Assembly (NCBI RefSeq): GCF_001194135.2
Contig: NC_068983.1
Coordinates: 68,284,900-68,348,899, forward strand
Reading direction: 5' to 3'
DNA: 64,000 bases
Source: Octopus bimaculoides
Taxonomy: Eukaryota
The translations under genes were made by a program, and so were the position numbers. Positions 51,053 through 62,215 of this stretch are shown one piece after another (positions within the stretch are counted from its first letter, which is position 1; each line of letters starts with the position of its first letter). The notes under the pieces are model-generated. The model did not search any database and was not told the DNA's origin. It saw only the letters and a program-made list of their open reading frames with translations.

Positions 51053-54000
51053 TATATTATTGCTTCTAGAAAGATGAAAGGTACTGTACTGTTCTACAAA
51101 TTCATCTGCTTCTTTTACGTAATATAACTATGAATTTTAAAACATTAAAGACATTCAACAATTTGGGATGTAGTTGCTTCCAACCACAGTCCAACATCTG
51201 GCTCACAGGCATAGCCTTCTCTTGCTCTCTTTGCCTTTTCTACAGCAGCTATATATACTATGTAGACCTCTGCTCATTAGAGCTGGCTGGTTTTGTGCCA
51301 TCTCCACACAGGCACTCCCCACTAATTTACTTGTCTCCCTTGTTGTCATCTATGATGTGTCCATCCCACTCTAACTACCTCCAGTATTTTCTCCTCAGAA
51401 CATTGAACTCTCCTAAAGTTCCCTCCTTGCCCATGTGTAACCCTCAACCATTGGTTTGTTCAAAAGAACATGAACTGTGCCATTTTCACCAATCTTGGTG
51501 GGCGTACAAAGGTCATGGACATACTTCCTTTTTGCAGACCAATGAAATAACAAAACATTGATTTCTAAGTATTTAATTTGAAGTGGAAAGCATAATTGAC
51601 TGAATCAACTTAAAGCATTTATTATTTTAGCAATCTAGTAGGAATGAATGGAAGGTGAAGTCTGCTCCCAACTCCATGCAAGAGTAGAATTGAGAAACAA
51701 GAAAGTGAGTAAGATTCTGCAAAACATTCTGGTTTAGCTCTTTATATTGTCTGATCCAAGCTAAAAATATATTAGGCATTGTAGTTTTTCAAGCTACTGG
51801 CAAACAAAACTATTTCCAAAAGTAAGGAAAAAAATGAAGCTTCTGTCCAGACAAACCAATGAATGGATTACTGAAGCACAAAAGAAAGATGGAAGAGATT
51901 AGCTAGTAGGTTACTATATTGTTACCAATAATTGTTTAAAATGATTTACCACCATCACCACCACCACCACCACCTCCATGGAGTGAAAGATCAAGAATGG
52001 GGTTCACAACTCATGGAAAAAAACAAAAACAAAAACAACTTAAACACTTGAAATGGACAAACTGGAACAAGCTGTAAATTTGAAGGCATAAACTGTCATC
52101 ATACGAAGCAGGAAAATGTTTGAACCAATTGAAGCATTACATCACAATATTACCATCACTACCATATCTTAAATATGCTACCACATCACTTTACTGGTGT
52201 CACTACATCAATCTACATTATACTTCTTTACTTCTACTGGATTTGTAGTCACATGCCATCACATTTCTTTACACAACAATATTATCTCAACATTATTATA
52301 TCCTATAAGACACTTTACAAAAACACATTAAAATCATAATATATGTATGTATATGTATATATTATAACTGAAAGGCTTATTTCCAGTGCTCAGAGTTGCT
52401 TGTTTCTGTTATAATGTATTAAAGAATACTCTGAGTCCTGTAATTTATCGCTTTTGGTGAATCAACAGATTTTACACATACAGATACACACAAACATAAC
52501 AAAACAAATCAGCAAAGTAGAATGAATGACTAATGAAAACTTGCTTAAGAAATAAGACACTCAAGTTCCCCAACAAAATTAGCTAAATTAACCACCACTA
52601 CCAATGTCACTTACCAACCCATAACCTTTTGAGCATGTAACATGCTGAACAGTGAAAGGCTAGCAGTGCACAGTGAATATTAACTCAAAAAAATGGAGAC
52701 AAACTAGACTAGAAACATCAATTTTGCTGTCTGAGATTTATGGATTAGGTCACTGCTATATCTCTCTCAAGTACAGCAAGAATTGTTTGATAAAACCACT
52801 ACTATCACTGCATTTGAATAGACAAAAACCCATTTCTGTAAGGGTGTCATTTATTAAATGGATCTACTAGTGAATTATCTTACCAATTCTGGAATGACAA
52901 AAAGAATGGATTCCAGAAAATTCTGAACTGCTTAGTGCACTAGGTAGGATAGCATAAAGCATCTAAAATGGTTCACTGTCACTCATCACTGCAACAATAA
53001 CAACAAAATCAAAATAATTTACTCAAAAGTAAACTTGTGAATTTTTATCTTACTTTATGTCAGTGACCCAATTCAAAGATATTCAACAAAAGCTGAAAGA
53101 TAGAACCAGAAAGTGGTTCTAGAACTGTAATTATAGATAACTACAATGTTTTTTTGCATCAAATAATGAATAAGGCGATGCAAGTATTAAATGTGAAACT
53201 TTATATGAAGAGTTTAAGATAAAGACTGTGAAGACCATTATAGCCAATAATGAAGGCAGTTTCCTGAACCTTATTCACCTACTTCAAACCCGAGCAAACC
53301 CTCAATTACTCCAATGAGTTATCTAAGTTGGCCATTAGTTTTCAATTAATGACTGAGATGTAGTTATCTAGGTACTTAAAATTCTGATTCCTATCAGAAT
53401 AAAAAGACTGTTTTGTGCACCTAATTTTGACAAAATATAGCAAAGTCCCTGCAATGTTAAACAACTGTGAAATCAATGGTGTTATATTGAGTCTTTTACA
53501 TAGAGTGCGAATAGGTTTTCAAAGAATGACCTCATTTGACAATTTACTAATATCATGATCAAATATATAAGCAATTAATGATTAAAGAGGTAATTTTCAT
53601 TAAATGTTTGAAACCAGAACTTTCAAATTATCATAAGCCACATGACTTTCATTGATTTGAACTTGGTGTTTATAACTCAGTCTATATTCATAGACTTTCT
53701 CTCCATCTTTGCAATGGTTGACTAATAAATGTTATTGTAAGATATTGTATTTATATTAGAATCTTTATGGCTGACCCTAAATATACCCCCTGATAGTTGT
53801 TTAACATTACTTCAAGGAAATTACCATATTTTATTTATATATATAAATCATGATTCTTCAACAGCTGCAAAATATAAGAAGCCAGTGTTTAATAAACAAA
53901 TGTTATATACTTAGAATGTTGAGTAATAACTGAGGTGTACATACCTTTTATTCTGTCGTGGTTAAGTAAACTAACCAATTTTTCTTGCAGTCGTTCATTC

Positions 54001-54852
54001 CGATCAACAGTTCCTTCAAGTTTGATTCTCTGGGCTCGCAGCTCCATGAGATACTTGTGGAAAGATTCCAACTGGCTGACATTGAGGCTTTGGTTTGAAG
54101 ACATGTTCAAGGAGTTTGCTGTAGATGTTTCCAAAAAGTTGTAAACACTTATTTCATGCTGTAAGGTGTTACTTAAATCCTGTGACACCATCAAATGAGA
54201 ACGGATAACATCTTTGGAAGAGATTGCATTGGAAGGAGATGAAGGAAGACTTTTTGTGTAAAAAGGACTTTCGTTGCTAACAGACAACCGACTCTGGGGA
54301 TATTTTGGAAGACTGCCATTATATGACTGATTGGCCTCCAAATGATTAGTCTTTGATGGAGAATTATTAGTCTGTTTGGAGAAGTGCTGACTATCCAAGC
54401 TTTCAACTTGGCCTGGCTCAGAACTTTTGGAGTGGTAATGGGAGGAGAGATAAGAATCAGTCTTATCTTGAGACCATTTCAATTGACCAGAGTTCCGGTA
54501 AAATTCATTTAGAGAGCCAGGGTTATCAGCTCCTACTATTCCTGAAAGACTGTGTTTATTTGGAATGCAAGCATCTACTGTTGAGTGTTCATTCTGATAT
54601 TGCTCTAAACCATTACTGTACATATCAGTCAAAGGTTTAGAACTGACACAGTTCTGCTCTGGCAGCTGCATCTTGGTATTATCAGTAGAGTTCATAGACA
54701 TAAGTTTAGATACAGGTTTATCCAAATCGGGGTTGTCATGACCAAGCAGTGTTCCATCTGTTGCCATGGTTGCAGCCTCTGTTAGTATGCGCATGGACTT
54801 CAAGGCATTTTCACTCAAAGTATCCAACGTATTTTGGTCCATACTTAATGTA
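33793..54852 (-). CDS. Myomegalin/CDK5RAP2/centrosomin-family coiled-coil protein, C-terminal about 806 aa, nine exons: 54852-53945, 44962-44710, 43470-43358, 42957-42631, 41333-41046, 37586-37414, 36195-36037, 34798-34678, 33872-33793
   Basis: All introns GT-AG with matching phases (1,2,1,1,1,0,0,1). Motifs LMELRAQRIKLEGTVDRNERLQEKL and LAELRNLRKSMERCINTNNILRRKLE recall myomegalin HL.EIR.LR..LE..I..ND.LR.QL; FAIGKLDDYELL and LNEESRLIGNFWLSQLP recall GHIDDY..L and LEESASLLTMFWRAALP. Family call from recalled sequence, not a search; 5' exons not found. Confidence 0.8.
34120..34354 (-). mobile_element. tRNA-derived SINE with CORE-like central segment
   Basis: Minus strand agtggaggcgcatcacttaatggttaggg...gatttcaatccctgg...cttgagcaaaacacttcatttcac; head similar to the SINE at 17404. 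Confidence 0.7.
34678..34798 (-). CDS. Coding exon, myomegalin/CDK5RAP2-like gene
   Basis: ttttctgcag|AATGAA...CATA|gtatgt; NEVLMTEISEIQNRYLNFPEKVRTAAENGPTHVEDDLLWH; 121 nt, phase 0 to 1. Confidence 0.75.
34970..35120 (+). mobile_element. Decayed SINE family A copy
   Basis: gttctgagttcaaatc...ttctgaggtcaataaaataaagtacc...aaaatttgaggtctcatgccta, matching the 2217..2423 family. Confidence 0.6.
36037..36195 (-). CDS. Coding exon, myomegalin/CDK5RAP2-like gene
   Basis: ctttgttgcag|AAT...AAGAAG|gtaaga; NAEYSILRELSLLVNNLNVCLNEESRLIGNFWLSQLPARYKKGQMSKLLQNKK; 159 nt. Confidence 0.85.
37414..37586 (-). CDS. Coding exon, myomegalin/CDK5RAP2-like gene
   Basis: tttctatag|CA...GAG|gtatgt; NSPVRISSDLRSLFAIGKLDDYELLRKENGEMSCVVRNLQARLHDRIKVHKSHATTE; 173 nt. 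Confidence 0.88.
38455..38598 (+). mobile_element. Decayed RTE 3' tail
   Basis: aaaagcacccagtcctggcaatgggaagggcatctagc...gcc agtatggaa..gacattaaatgatgatgat. Confidence 0.65.
39645..39800 (+). mobile_element. Decayed SINE of the 47249 family (5' part)
   Basis: gctatgtgg...aaccacatggttttgagttcaatc..ctgtgtggtaccttggtcaag...gatagatggaaactg. Confidence 0.6.
40391..40542 (+). mobile_element. RTE 3' terminal fragment
   Basis: tggcgttaggaagggcatccagctg...aacccatgctagcatggaaagcggatgttaaacgacgatgatgat. Confidence 0.85.
40683..40879. mobile_element. piggyBac-type (TTAA-CCC) non-autonomous element remnant; second copy at about 47731..47938
   Basis: Ends ...aatctgaactctaaagggTTAA; the internal sequence ccagatctggcctctcacacctaccct...gctacaagataatg...attacatttgac is shared with 47731..47938. 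Left end decayed. Confidence 0.45.
41046..41333 (-). CDS. Coding exon, myomegalin/CDK5RAP2-like gene
   Basis: ttttctttgcag|CC...AAAG|gtgaga; HGSGDSELASSYGNNTSELL...NGSDNLQK; 288 nt, Ser/Asn-rich. Confidence 0.85.
41545..41790 (+). mobile_element. Decayed CR1/Jockey-type LINE 3' fragment
   Basis: gaagctggtt...actagctactatgccaagtcctttcaccccggaacattagccttctggaatgttctcc (TSYYAKSFHPGTLAFWNVL). Confidence 0.55.
42631..42957 (-). CDS. Coding exon, myomegalin/CDK5RAP2-like gene
   Basis: ctctttccaacaccag|GC...TCAG|gtgagg; KSKKFDIREFLAELRNLRKSMERCINTNNILRRKLEELL...DDEQQVDS; 327 nt. Confidence 0.88.
43358..43470 (-). CDS. Coding exon, myomegalin/CDK5RAP2-like gene
   Basis: ttctttaattatag|A...AAAG|gtatga; LELELQDLREQLSENKNLNSTLKLELDMYEQLEVKTK; 113 nt, coiled coil. 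Confidence 0.88.
43935..44170 (-). mobile_element. SINE of the 47249 family, partial
   Basis: ttctttcagtttctatcaaccaaatccacccacaaggctttgg...ctatagtaaaagacacttg..., the reverse complement of the 47249 body. Confidence 0.7.
44710..44962 (-). CDS. Coding exon, myomegalin/CDK5RAP2-like gene (missed by the ORF track)
   Basis: tttgttctgttccaag|GA...AAAC|gtgaga; SPTSVAKDIAQLEEQKRQLTYLQDVLSDQQTELDQRHNRIEQLSQDLEDKTTQLEEKNNLLQQKDTQIDQLKEQLKEARSQIQ; 253 nt, heptad-rich. Confidence 0.9.
46510..46723. mobile_element. Fold-back MITE with about 60-bp TIRs and 9-bp TSD (Mutator-like)
   Basis: TIR GGCGATCTTTCGTTTTGATTACATTTTACGTCATTTCTAATCCACGTGCGTTTGTTT against rc GGCTATCTTTCGTTTTGATTACATTTTACGTCATTTCTAATCCACGTGCATTTGTTT; direct repeat AGTGTAGCT at 46501-46509 and 46724-46732. 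Confidence 0.85.
47249..47636 (+). mobile_element. Full-length tRNA-derived SINE (octopus OK/OR-like)
   Basis: Head TGGCTGTGTGGTAAG (A-box-like)...GGGTTCAGTCCC (B-box-like), internal (TA)n/(TG)n, end gtaaaagagtaaagagt; partial copies at 39645, 43935, 55845 and 58805. Confidence 0.85.
51180..51480 (+). mobile_element. Decayed CR1/Jockey-type LINE 3' fragment
   Basis: SLCLFY...DLCSLELAGFVPSP resembles LINE C-terminal SL.LFY.YY.G.CS.EL...VP; homologous to 25355 and 41545. Confidence 0.6.
53945..54852 (-). CDS. Large (908 nt) coding exon, myomegalin/CDK5RAP2-like gene
   Basis: caatttgcag|TACATTAAGTATGGAC...AAAAG|gtatgt; open 300-codon Ser/Asn-rich frame ending in coiled coil FHKYLMELRAQRIKLEGTVDRNERLQEKLVSLL. 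Confidence 0.88.
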
Positions 54853-55844
54853 CTGCAAATTGAAAATAGAAATTGATAAAAGTCAGGAAATAATAGAAAG
54901 GAGTCATCGGAATATTCAATCAGAAATTAAATCAAATTTCAAATTATGAAATATTTTAACCATCACTGTGCTGGTTTATAAATCAAATTATATAAACAAT
55001 TATCTATGCAGAAACTGTCATATTTTAATATCATTGTTGAAAAATACAAGTCATACTAGTGGGTAAAAGTTTAAATTGCATTCTGTAAGTAAACTACATC
55101 ACCTGCAACAGTATTACATTATGTAGATATTGTAACCAAGTAATTTGCAGTAAACTAACTAAATATGACAAAATTCTTTATGAAATAAAGTCATTTTACA
55201 ATAAAACTGAGATTAGTAAGTATTATGAACAGAAGTAATCCCAGAAAAGAGATAGTACATGCTAGTGAATGAATATAGAAAAGTGAGACAATTAGGATAC
55301 CATATTACAAGATTTTTCTCAATATCCACAATTTCCTTTCCCTATTATGTACTTCTCTAAACTTTAGGCTAATTTCAGTGTGATTATCATTGGATCAAAC
55401 TTAGTAAGCATACTAATTTCACCCATTCTTTTCCACCATTGTATGTTCTTTCTCTTCAGTGTGGAAAATAAGAATTTATTTTGGTCAAGATATGAAAGAA
55501 ATCACGACAGATTGTGAACAGCTGTCAACACAATAGATAACCCATACAATTAGGCAAAATAATAGATTACAGCTTAAGAAACCAAGGACTATTATATCAT
55601 CACGATTAAACATCCACTTCTCAATGCTTGCATGGGTTGGATGGAATTTACTGAGGCAGATTTTCTATGTCTGGATGCCCCTCCTGCTACCAACCCACTC
55701 TGTTTTCAAGACCTTGTTTCCCCATGGCCAGACATGTTCTCACAGAATATTGGAAATATATGGCACTGCTTGTATGTCAGTGACAATCATTTTACAACTA
55801 TCACACAATGTCAAAACAAAGAGAAACACACATACACATATATG

Positions 55845-56005
55845 CATGACAGGTTTCTTTCAATTTTCGCCTACCTAATCTATTCATAGAGCTTTGGTTG
55901 GCCTGAGGCTATAGTACAAGACACTTGCCTAAGGTGCCAGCAGAGGGACTGAACCCAGAAACATGTAGTTAGGAAGCAAACTTCTTAAGACACAGCTATG
56001 CCTGT
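55845..56005 (-). mobile_element. SINE of the 47249 family, 5' part
   Basis: gctttggttggcctgaggctatagtacaagacacttgcctaaggtgcc..gggactgaaccc...cacagc. Confidence 0.7.
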
Positions 56006-56739
56006 GCCTAAATAAATCTAAATAAATTTTACCAACTTAGTTTAGCAACATGTGTCACTGCAAAAACATACATGCACACGCGCACAAGTTTTAGAAACTC
56101 ACAATTATGATTATGTGAGAAGTTGAAATTCTTAAACTAAGCCTCAATCTAATACTATCCTCAGAAATATAAACTTAATGCTAACTCTTCTTATAAAACA
56201 GCTAAAATGACTATATTAACTCCAACGACACATAACAATAATTTCTGTTCCGCTAACATGTGCATTTCATATGCAGTATATTGCTATATTTTACAAACGC
56301 ACCTCTGGAAAAGAAAAGATCATGACATGATACACAAATTTTATGAAAAGATTTGAAATGAGCACTTATGCAAGAAAATCTTTTGAAATAAAATGCAGTG
56401 TAATGAATAATATAAAGTACTACATACAGAGTATAACTAGCTATAACTCTCTACATCCCCTATTAGCACTTAATTTGTCTTTAGAATTAGATGTGTTTGT
56501 TCTAGTTTCATGAAAGTTGTCAACATTTCAATTGGCTATCTGGTATGACACTTCTTCAACAATAATTATCCAGTGCAATTCCTCATTATTCAGGCAACAT
56601 GATGGGAGGGAAACAAAAGCAGAGAGAAATGGAATGGTGGTGGTAGGGATCAAGTAAAGACAAATCTAATGTTTTCCTTATTTACATGAGTGTCATGATA
56701 GAAGAAGCAAGCAGGGACTTAGCAGGTACAAAATGGATG

Positions 56740-58200
56740 ATAGGCCAATCATCATCAACATCTTTGTTTAACATCCACCTTCCATGCTGGCATAGGTGGA
56801 ACAATTTGACAGGAGCTGGTCAGGCAGAATATATATTATATGTGCCAGTTCCCATTGCTACCCCAATTTTAACAATGCTAGCACAGATGATCAGATTTTC
56901 TCCAGTGTCATTATCATCATCGTTTAACGTCCGCTTTCCATGCTAGCATGGGTTGGACGATTTGACTGAGGACTGGTGAAACCGGATGGCAACACCAGGC
57001 TCCAATCTGATTTGGCAGAGTTTCTACAGCTGGATGCCCTTCCTAACGCCAACCACTCAGAGAGTGTAGTGGGTGCTTTTACGTGTCACCCGCACGAAGG
57101 CCAGTCAGGCGGTACTGGCAATGGCCACGCTCAAAATGGTGTATTTTACGTGCCACCTGCACAGGAGCCAGTCCAGCGGCACTAGCAACGATCTCGCTCA
57201 AAAATCCTTACACATGTCATGGGCACAAGTGCCAGAAAGGCGACGCTGGGCACAGGTGCTATCCCGATTTCGCTTTCGCTTGCCCCAATAAGTCTTCGCA
57301 AGCTGATGCCCATCTTAATTTCCCTCCATATCACCATCCGACCCGGTCCAGTCAACCATCAAGAGATATGTTCTCCTGCTGGTAATGTGTCACATCCACT
57401 ATGTCTAACAAATTGCCGTGGTCCTTTGTCATCATCTTCATGTGATGCAATACTTTGAGATCACTCTTCATCCCAATTCTTCCTTTGTCTCACTCTTCTA
57501 CAGGTTCCATACTTGACTCTTCTTTGTACAGCTGTCATCTTTCATACACATCACATGCTCATATCAATACAGTCTCCTCTCTTGAGAGCTACATCTGATT
57601 TCTTCTTTATCCAGGTTTTCTCTCAGCTCATTTATACTCCATCATCCATGTATACTAACATTATACCTCCAGCAGAGCACTTTCACACCATTTCTTTTTG
57701 GTATTTTCAAATCCTCTGTATTCAATGTCCATGTCTTGCTACACTGCATCATCACATTTTGTACCCAAGTTTCATAAAATCTACTCTTCTCTCTAAAGGA
57801 GAAGTCCTTTGTTGTCATCATCGTTCATCGTTTAACGTCCGCTTTCCATGCTGGCATGGGTTGGACGATTTGACTGAGGACTGGTGAAACCGGATGGCAA
57901 CACCAGGCTCCAATCTAATTTGGCAGAGTTTCTACAGCTGGATGCCCTTCCTAACGCCAACCACTCCGAGAGTGTAGTGGGTGCTTTTACGTGTCACCTG
58001 CACGAGGGCCAGTCAGGCGGTACTGGTAACGGCCACGCTCAAAATGGTGTCTTTTATGTGCCACCCGCACAAGAGCCAGTCCAGCGGCACTGGCAACGAT
58101 CTCACTCATAATAATTCCCTGAACTTCCAATCTGTTTTTACTCTAGCTACTACATTTTCAGAAAACTTACCCTTACTGCTACTGAGCTTATTTACCTGAC
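56740..58200 (-). mobile_element. Old RTE LINE copy carrying two younger RTE 3'-UTR insertions (56913..57205 and 57815..58106)
   Basis: Decayed tail at 56740-56900 and decayed ORF C-terminus at 57470-57810 continuing after 58107; two well-preserved 3'-UTR units beginning (CAT)n-cgtttaacgtccgctttccatgc lie inside it. Confidence 0.75.
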
Positions 58201-58804
58201 ACAAGCTACTTGGCAGCTGCTTGGGCAGTTAAGCCAAATTTATTTCTCCATGTACTCTAAGTACTTACTGCTAGCTGGCCTGTAACACCACTACATCTCT
58301 CCTCATGCATCTATTGTTTACACTGGGTGCATCACATGGAATCTCCTCTTAATCTTTTTATGCATGTCAAGCGCAATCATTTCCTTGACTGTAGTAGGGC
58401 ACTGTCTTCTTTCATACTTTCCTACGTAAAATATATTTTACTCAGGTAAATGAAGCTATTATTCTCCACAGTGACTGCGTAGTTTCACCTCAACAGAAAA
58501 TCTTATTGAGATGAAACATGCCAATCACTGTGAAGAATTGTACTATCAAATCCCTCGATAATACATATACTGTATCATCTTCATTATTTAATGTCCTCTT
58601 TTCCATGCTTGCATTGGTCAAACAGAATTTGTTACAGCACGTTTTCTACAGCCAGATGTCTTTCATGTCACCAATCCTCACCTGTTTTCAAGGTAATATT
58701 TTCCTTCTGGAAAGACTGGACACAAACAACAATATTTGTATGATGAAGCACATTTACAACCATGATGTGATGTCAAGATAAGGGCACACACAAACAAATA
58801 TATG

Positions 58805-58958
58805 TATGTGTATAGGCCTTTTCTAGTTTCTCTCTACCAAATCCACAAAGTTTTGGTTGACCTGTGGCTATAGTAGAAGACACTTGCCAAAGTCTCACAC
58901 TGTGGGATTGAACCTAGGACCACATGATTAGAATGCAAGCTTCTTATCCACACAGCTT
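58805..58958 (-). mobile_element. SINE of the 47249 family, decayed 5' part
   Basis: ctaccaaatccac...ggctatagtagaagacacttgcc...gggattgaacc...ccacacagc. Confidence 0.65.
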
Positions 58959-59402
58959 AATAAAAGTGACATGCGTTTTTTTTTTTCCTTTTGCAAATAT
59001 GTATTGTATTTTACCAAGAACACACCTAAATAGATTTGTAACTATTTCCACGCCTTTTTACATGCTACCCTTACAACACAGTAAATTTTAGGAATAGAAG
59101 CCTCACTATTATTTCATTCCTCAAACATTTCTGTAAGGCTCTATTTTCATTAAAAAAAAAGACTTAATTTAAACAAAAAACAAAACAAATGAAAAGGAGC
59201 AAAAGTCTTTTTATCAGTTAGTCTTCAACCTACACAAATGGGTCTTTATTTAAACACACTAACATTATACTGAACTATTTAATACTCAATGAATTCTATG
59301 GTTTACATAAAAATAAATACATATATTCATATATATGACCTATAATTATTATAAAGATTCCACAATATTTCTAAACATTCTCTCTCCATACATACACCCA
59401 CA

Positions 59403-59433
<31 letters not shown>

Positions 59434-61586
59434 CTTATCTAAACACACACACACACACTCATTCATGAGTATGTGTCCGTAAGAATATATACACTGAATT
59501 TTACTTTAGCATAATGAGAGTTCTCTAGATACAGTTTTTATTCTTTTCAATTTCACAGAACTTAACAACTGTTTTCAGTACGTACATGTATATATGTAAA
59601 TTTTCACACACACACACACACACACACACAAAGAAATAGTTAAGTTTTTCAGTAAACAGTTCTAAAGAAAGTCAAAAAGTTTTTTTTTTTAAATCTATTA
59701 TTAAAATGAACAGGACAAGAGATAACTTCTAGTGACTTTTTGATGTTTTTTTTTTGGTTNNNNNNNNNNNNNNNNNNNNNNNNNNNNNNNNNNNNGGGGG
59801 GGGGGGGTTACTTCTTTAGAGTAATGGCAGCAGAGAAATTATAAATGGGCGGGAGTTTGGTAAGCAGGTTAAAGAAACAATTAGAATAGAGTTTTATAAA
59901 TGAGTGGTGAAGTGTCAATAAGCAAAGAAAGAAATCAGAAATACCCTGAAAAGAAGTACATAATATAAATGATTATATAGAACTGAAATCAACTGTGTTT
60001 ACCTCGATATTTGAGGGAAGTGAAATAAAGTTTAGATACTTTAATGCTGCTTATACTGGTTAGCCATTGTGAATTCCACTTGATACAGCAGCAGCAGGAA
60101 GTAAAATAGTCTGGCGAGATGGATGTAGACACAGAAGAGAGGAGAAAGATGTGCGTGTGTGTTTGTTGAAGGGAGACAGTAGAGGGAAAGTGGAATATTA
60201 AAACAAACTATCCTTTAATTCTTATGTCTTCCTCCTTCTCCTCAACCTCCTCTTACTACAACTACCACATCCTCTGTTAGAAAGGATGCTGGTATTGGTT
60301 AAACTCTAAAGCAGTGGAACACTACTATGATGACTACTGCACCTTCTCTCACATGTGACACATTCACTGGTGGCCTACATATATAAGTGTCCCAAATAAG
60401 ACCATTTTATTTTATCTGAGTCACATATTAACAGCAAAGGAGGAAAGCAAACACATACATACAAAGAAAATTTTAGTGAACGAAAATGATGAAGTTGAAA
60501 TGTTCTTTTCAGACTTTCAGTAAACTGCCAAACTTCTTAGGGGAGTGGACAATAGAATGGAATATTACTACAATATTTGACAATATGTCATCCTAACCAA
60601 AAAATATAATTCACTCTTACTATTATTACTTCAACTAACACCATTCTGTTACTGTGCTAAAGACCAAAATAACATCTTTGAGATGAAGAGAAAAAGAACG
60701 CACTGGTTCCACATGTAAACATTGCAATTGCCAACAACAGTAAAAATGTAAATAAACACCAATATAGCTAGTAAAACTGTTTTAATTGGACAATGACTAA
60801 CCAAACAAAAAAAAAAAAAAAAACTGCACAAAAACAGAGAGACAAAGGGAGAAGAGCAATAAACAGTAAAAATTAAAAATTGTATGTAATCATAAAGTTT
60901 TTGTCTGGAAGGTGGAAGTTTGTAAGAATGGATGTAGGTTCTATCAAAAAGTATGGGTTCTAGATAATCTGTCTTAAAATTATTCATAAATTAATATTTA
61001 TATTATTTCACACATATACACATTCAAATTAATTAACATGCACATATTCAGACTAATTTGTACACTAATTTACAGAATAATAATAATACTACAATGAGAA
61101 ATAGAGAAATTATTTGTATGTATGCATATGCATACACATAAATACTTGGTTTAATTGTTTTGATTTTTTTTGTCAGCAGACTTTGAATAGAATATTTTTC
61201 AATGCTTAAACATTAAAAAAAATTGTATATTATTTTTGTTTGAACTAATGACTTAATAATCCAAAATATCAATTATGCAGTCATCTCTAATTATGTTCCC
61301 AATAAAACAATTGCTCCAAATTTGCCTAAACCATCCCACATGGAAAAACTATTAGAAATAGTTTATTAGAAACTAAAACCAATTAACCACATTTCTCATA
61401 TATCTTTCTACTAGTTTTAAAGCTTGGTAAAACACTTTTTTAATGAAATACAAGCTTCCCTTAGCAATGAACAAGATAATTTTAAAAAATTAATGAAGTT
61501 AAATCAGATATGGCAATTTTCAAAAACAAAAAAGTTGTTCCTATTTTTCAATGCTTTTTAGTCAGTTTTAGTGTATGGATATAAGC

Positions 61587-61772
61587 CAGCGTTCTGCAAC
61601 CTTTTTTCACTTGCGGTACATTTATACTCTTTTCAAAATTCAGCGGCACACCTGAACTCAAAATATAACTAAAAGTATAGGGTAAAACATTATATCCAGG
61701 TTACACTGCAGCACACCTAGCATCATTTTGTGGCACACCAGTGTGTCACAACATACCAGTTGCAGAGCACTG
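61587..61772. mobile_element. hAT-type MITE, 186 bp, with perfect 8-bp TSD
   Basis: TIR CAGCGTTCTGCAAC / rc CAGTGCTCTGCAAC; ATATAAGC at 61579-61586 and 61773-61780. Confidence 0.88.
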
Positions 61773-62149
61773 ATATAAGCTATAATCATTTTGTATCTAA
61801 GTATATTTCAGTACAGTAGTTACAGCCTCACATTCATAAGTTACTAATTCTTGATATATGTGGATAAATAATATATAAATGTTCCAAGTCTATGTTGTTG
61901 TACTACTTAGAGCTATGCTACAAGTTATGGCCAGCTTTATCTACTAATTACTGATATAAACTCACAGCAGCCAACTTGACTCTTTGGTCAATGTTTTACA
62001 TCCAATCAACAACACTGTGTATGTTCTGCACTCTGATAGTTGATTCTAAATGGCACTTTTCTCCTCTCTATAAATACGAAGAGGTACAACTCAACACTGT
62101 AAATATGTGATAAACTATTTATTATTATTATTGGTGAATGTAATCAACT

Positions 62150-62215
62150 AAGCCCATCTCACAAAATTTCAGGCCTTGTGCCTATAGCAGAAAGGATTAT
62201 TATTATTATTATTGC
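62150..62215 (+). mobile_element. 3' end of SINE family A with (ATT)n tail
   Basis: aaaatttcaggccttgtgcctatagcagaaaggattattattatt, the reverse complement of 2200-2250. Confidence 0.7.

Noticed and set aside
59990-60200. Possible alternative first exon/promoter of the minus-strand gene (CAGGAAGT at 60095, donor-like gag|gtaaac at 60003)
   Set aside because: Short motifs expected by chance; only an 8-codon ORF; cannot be supported without transcript data.
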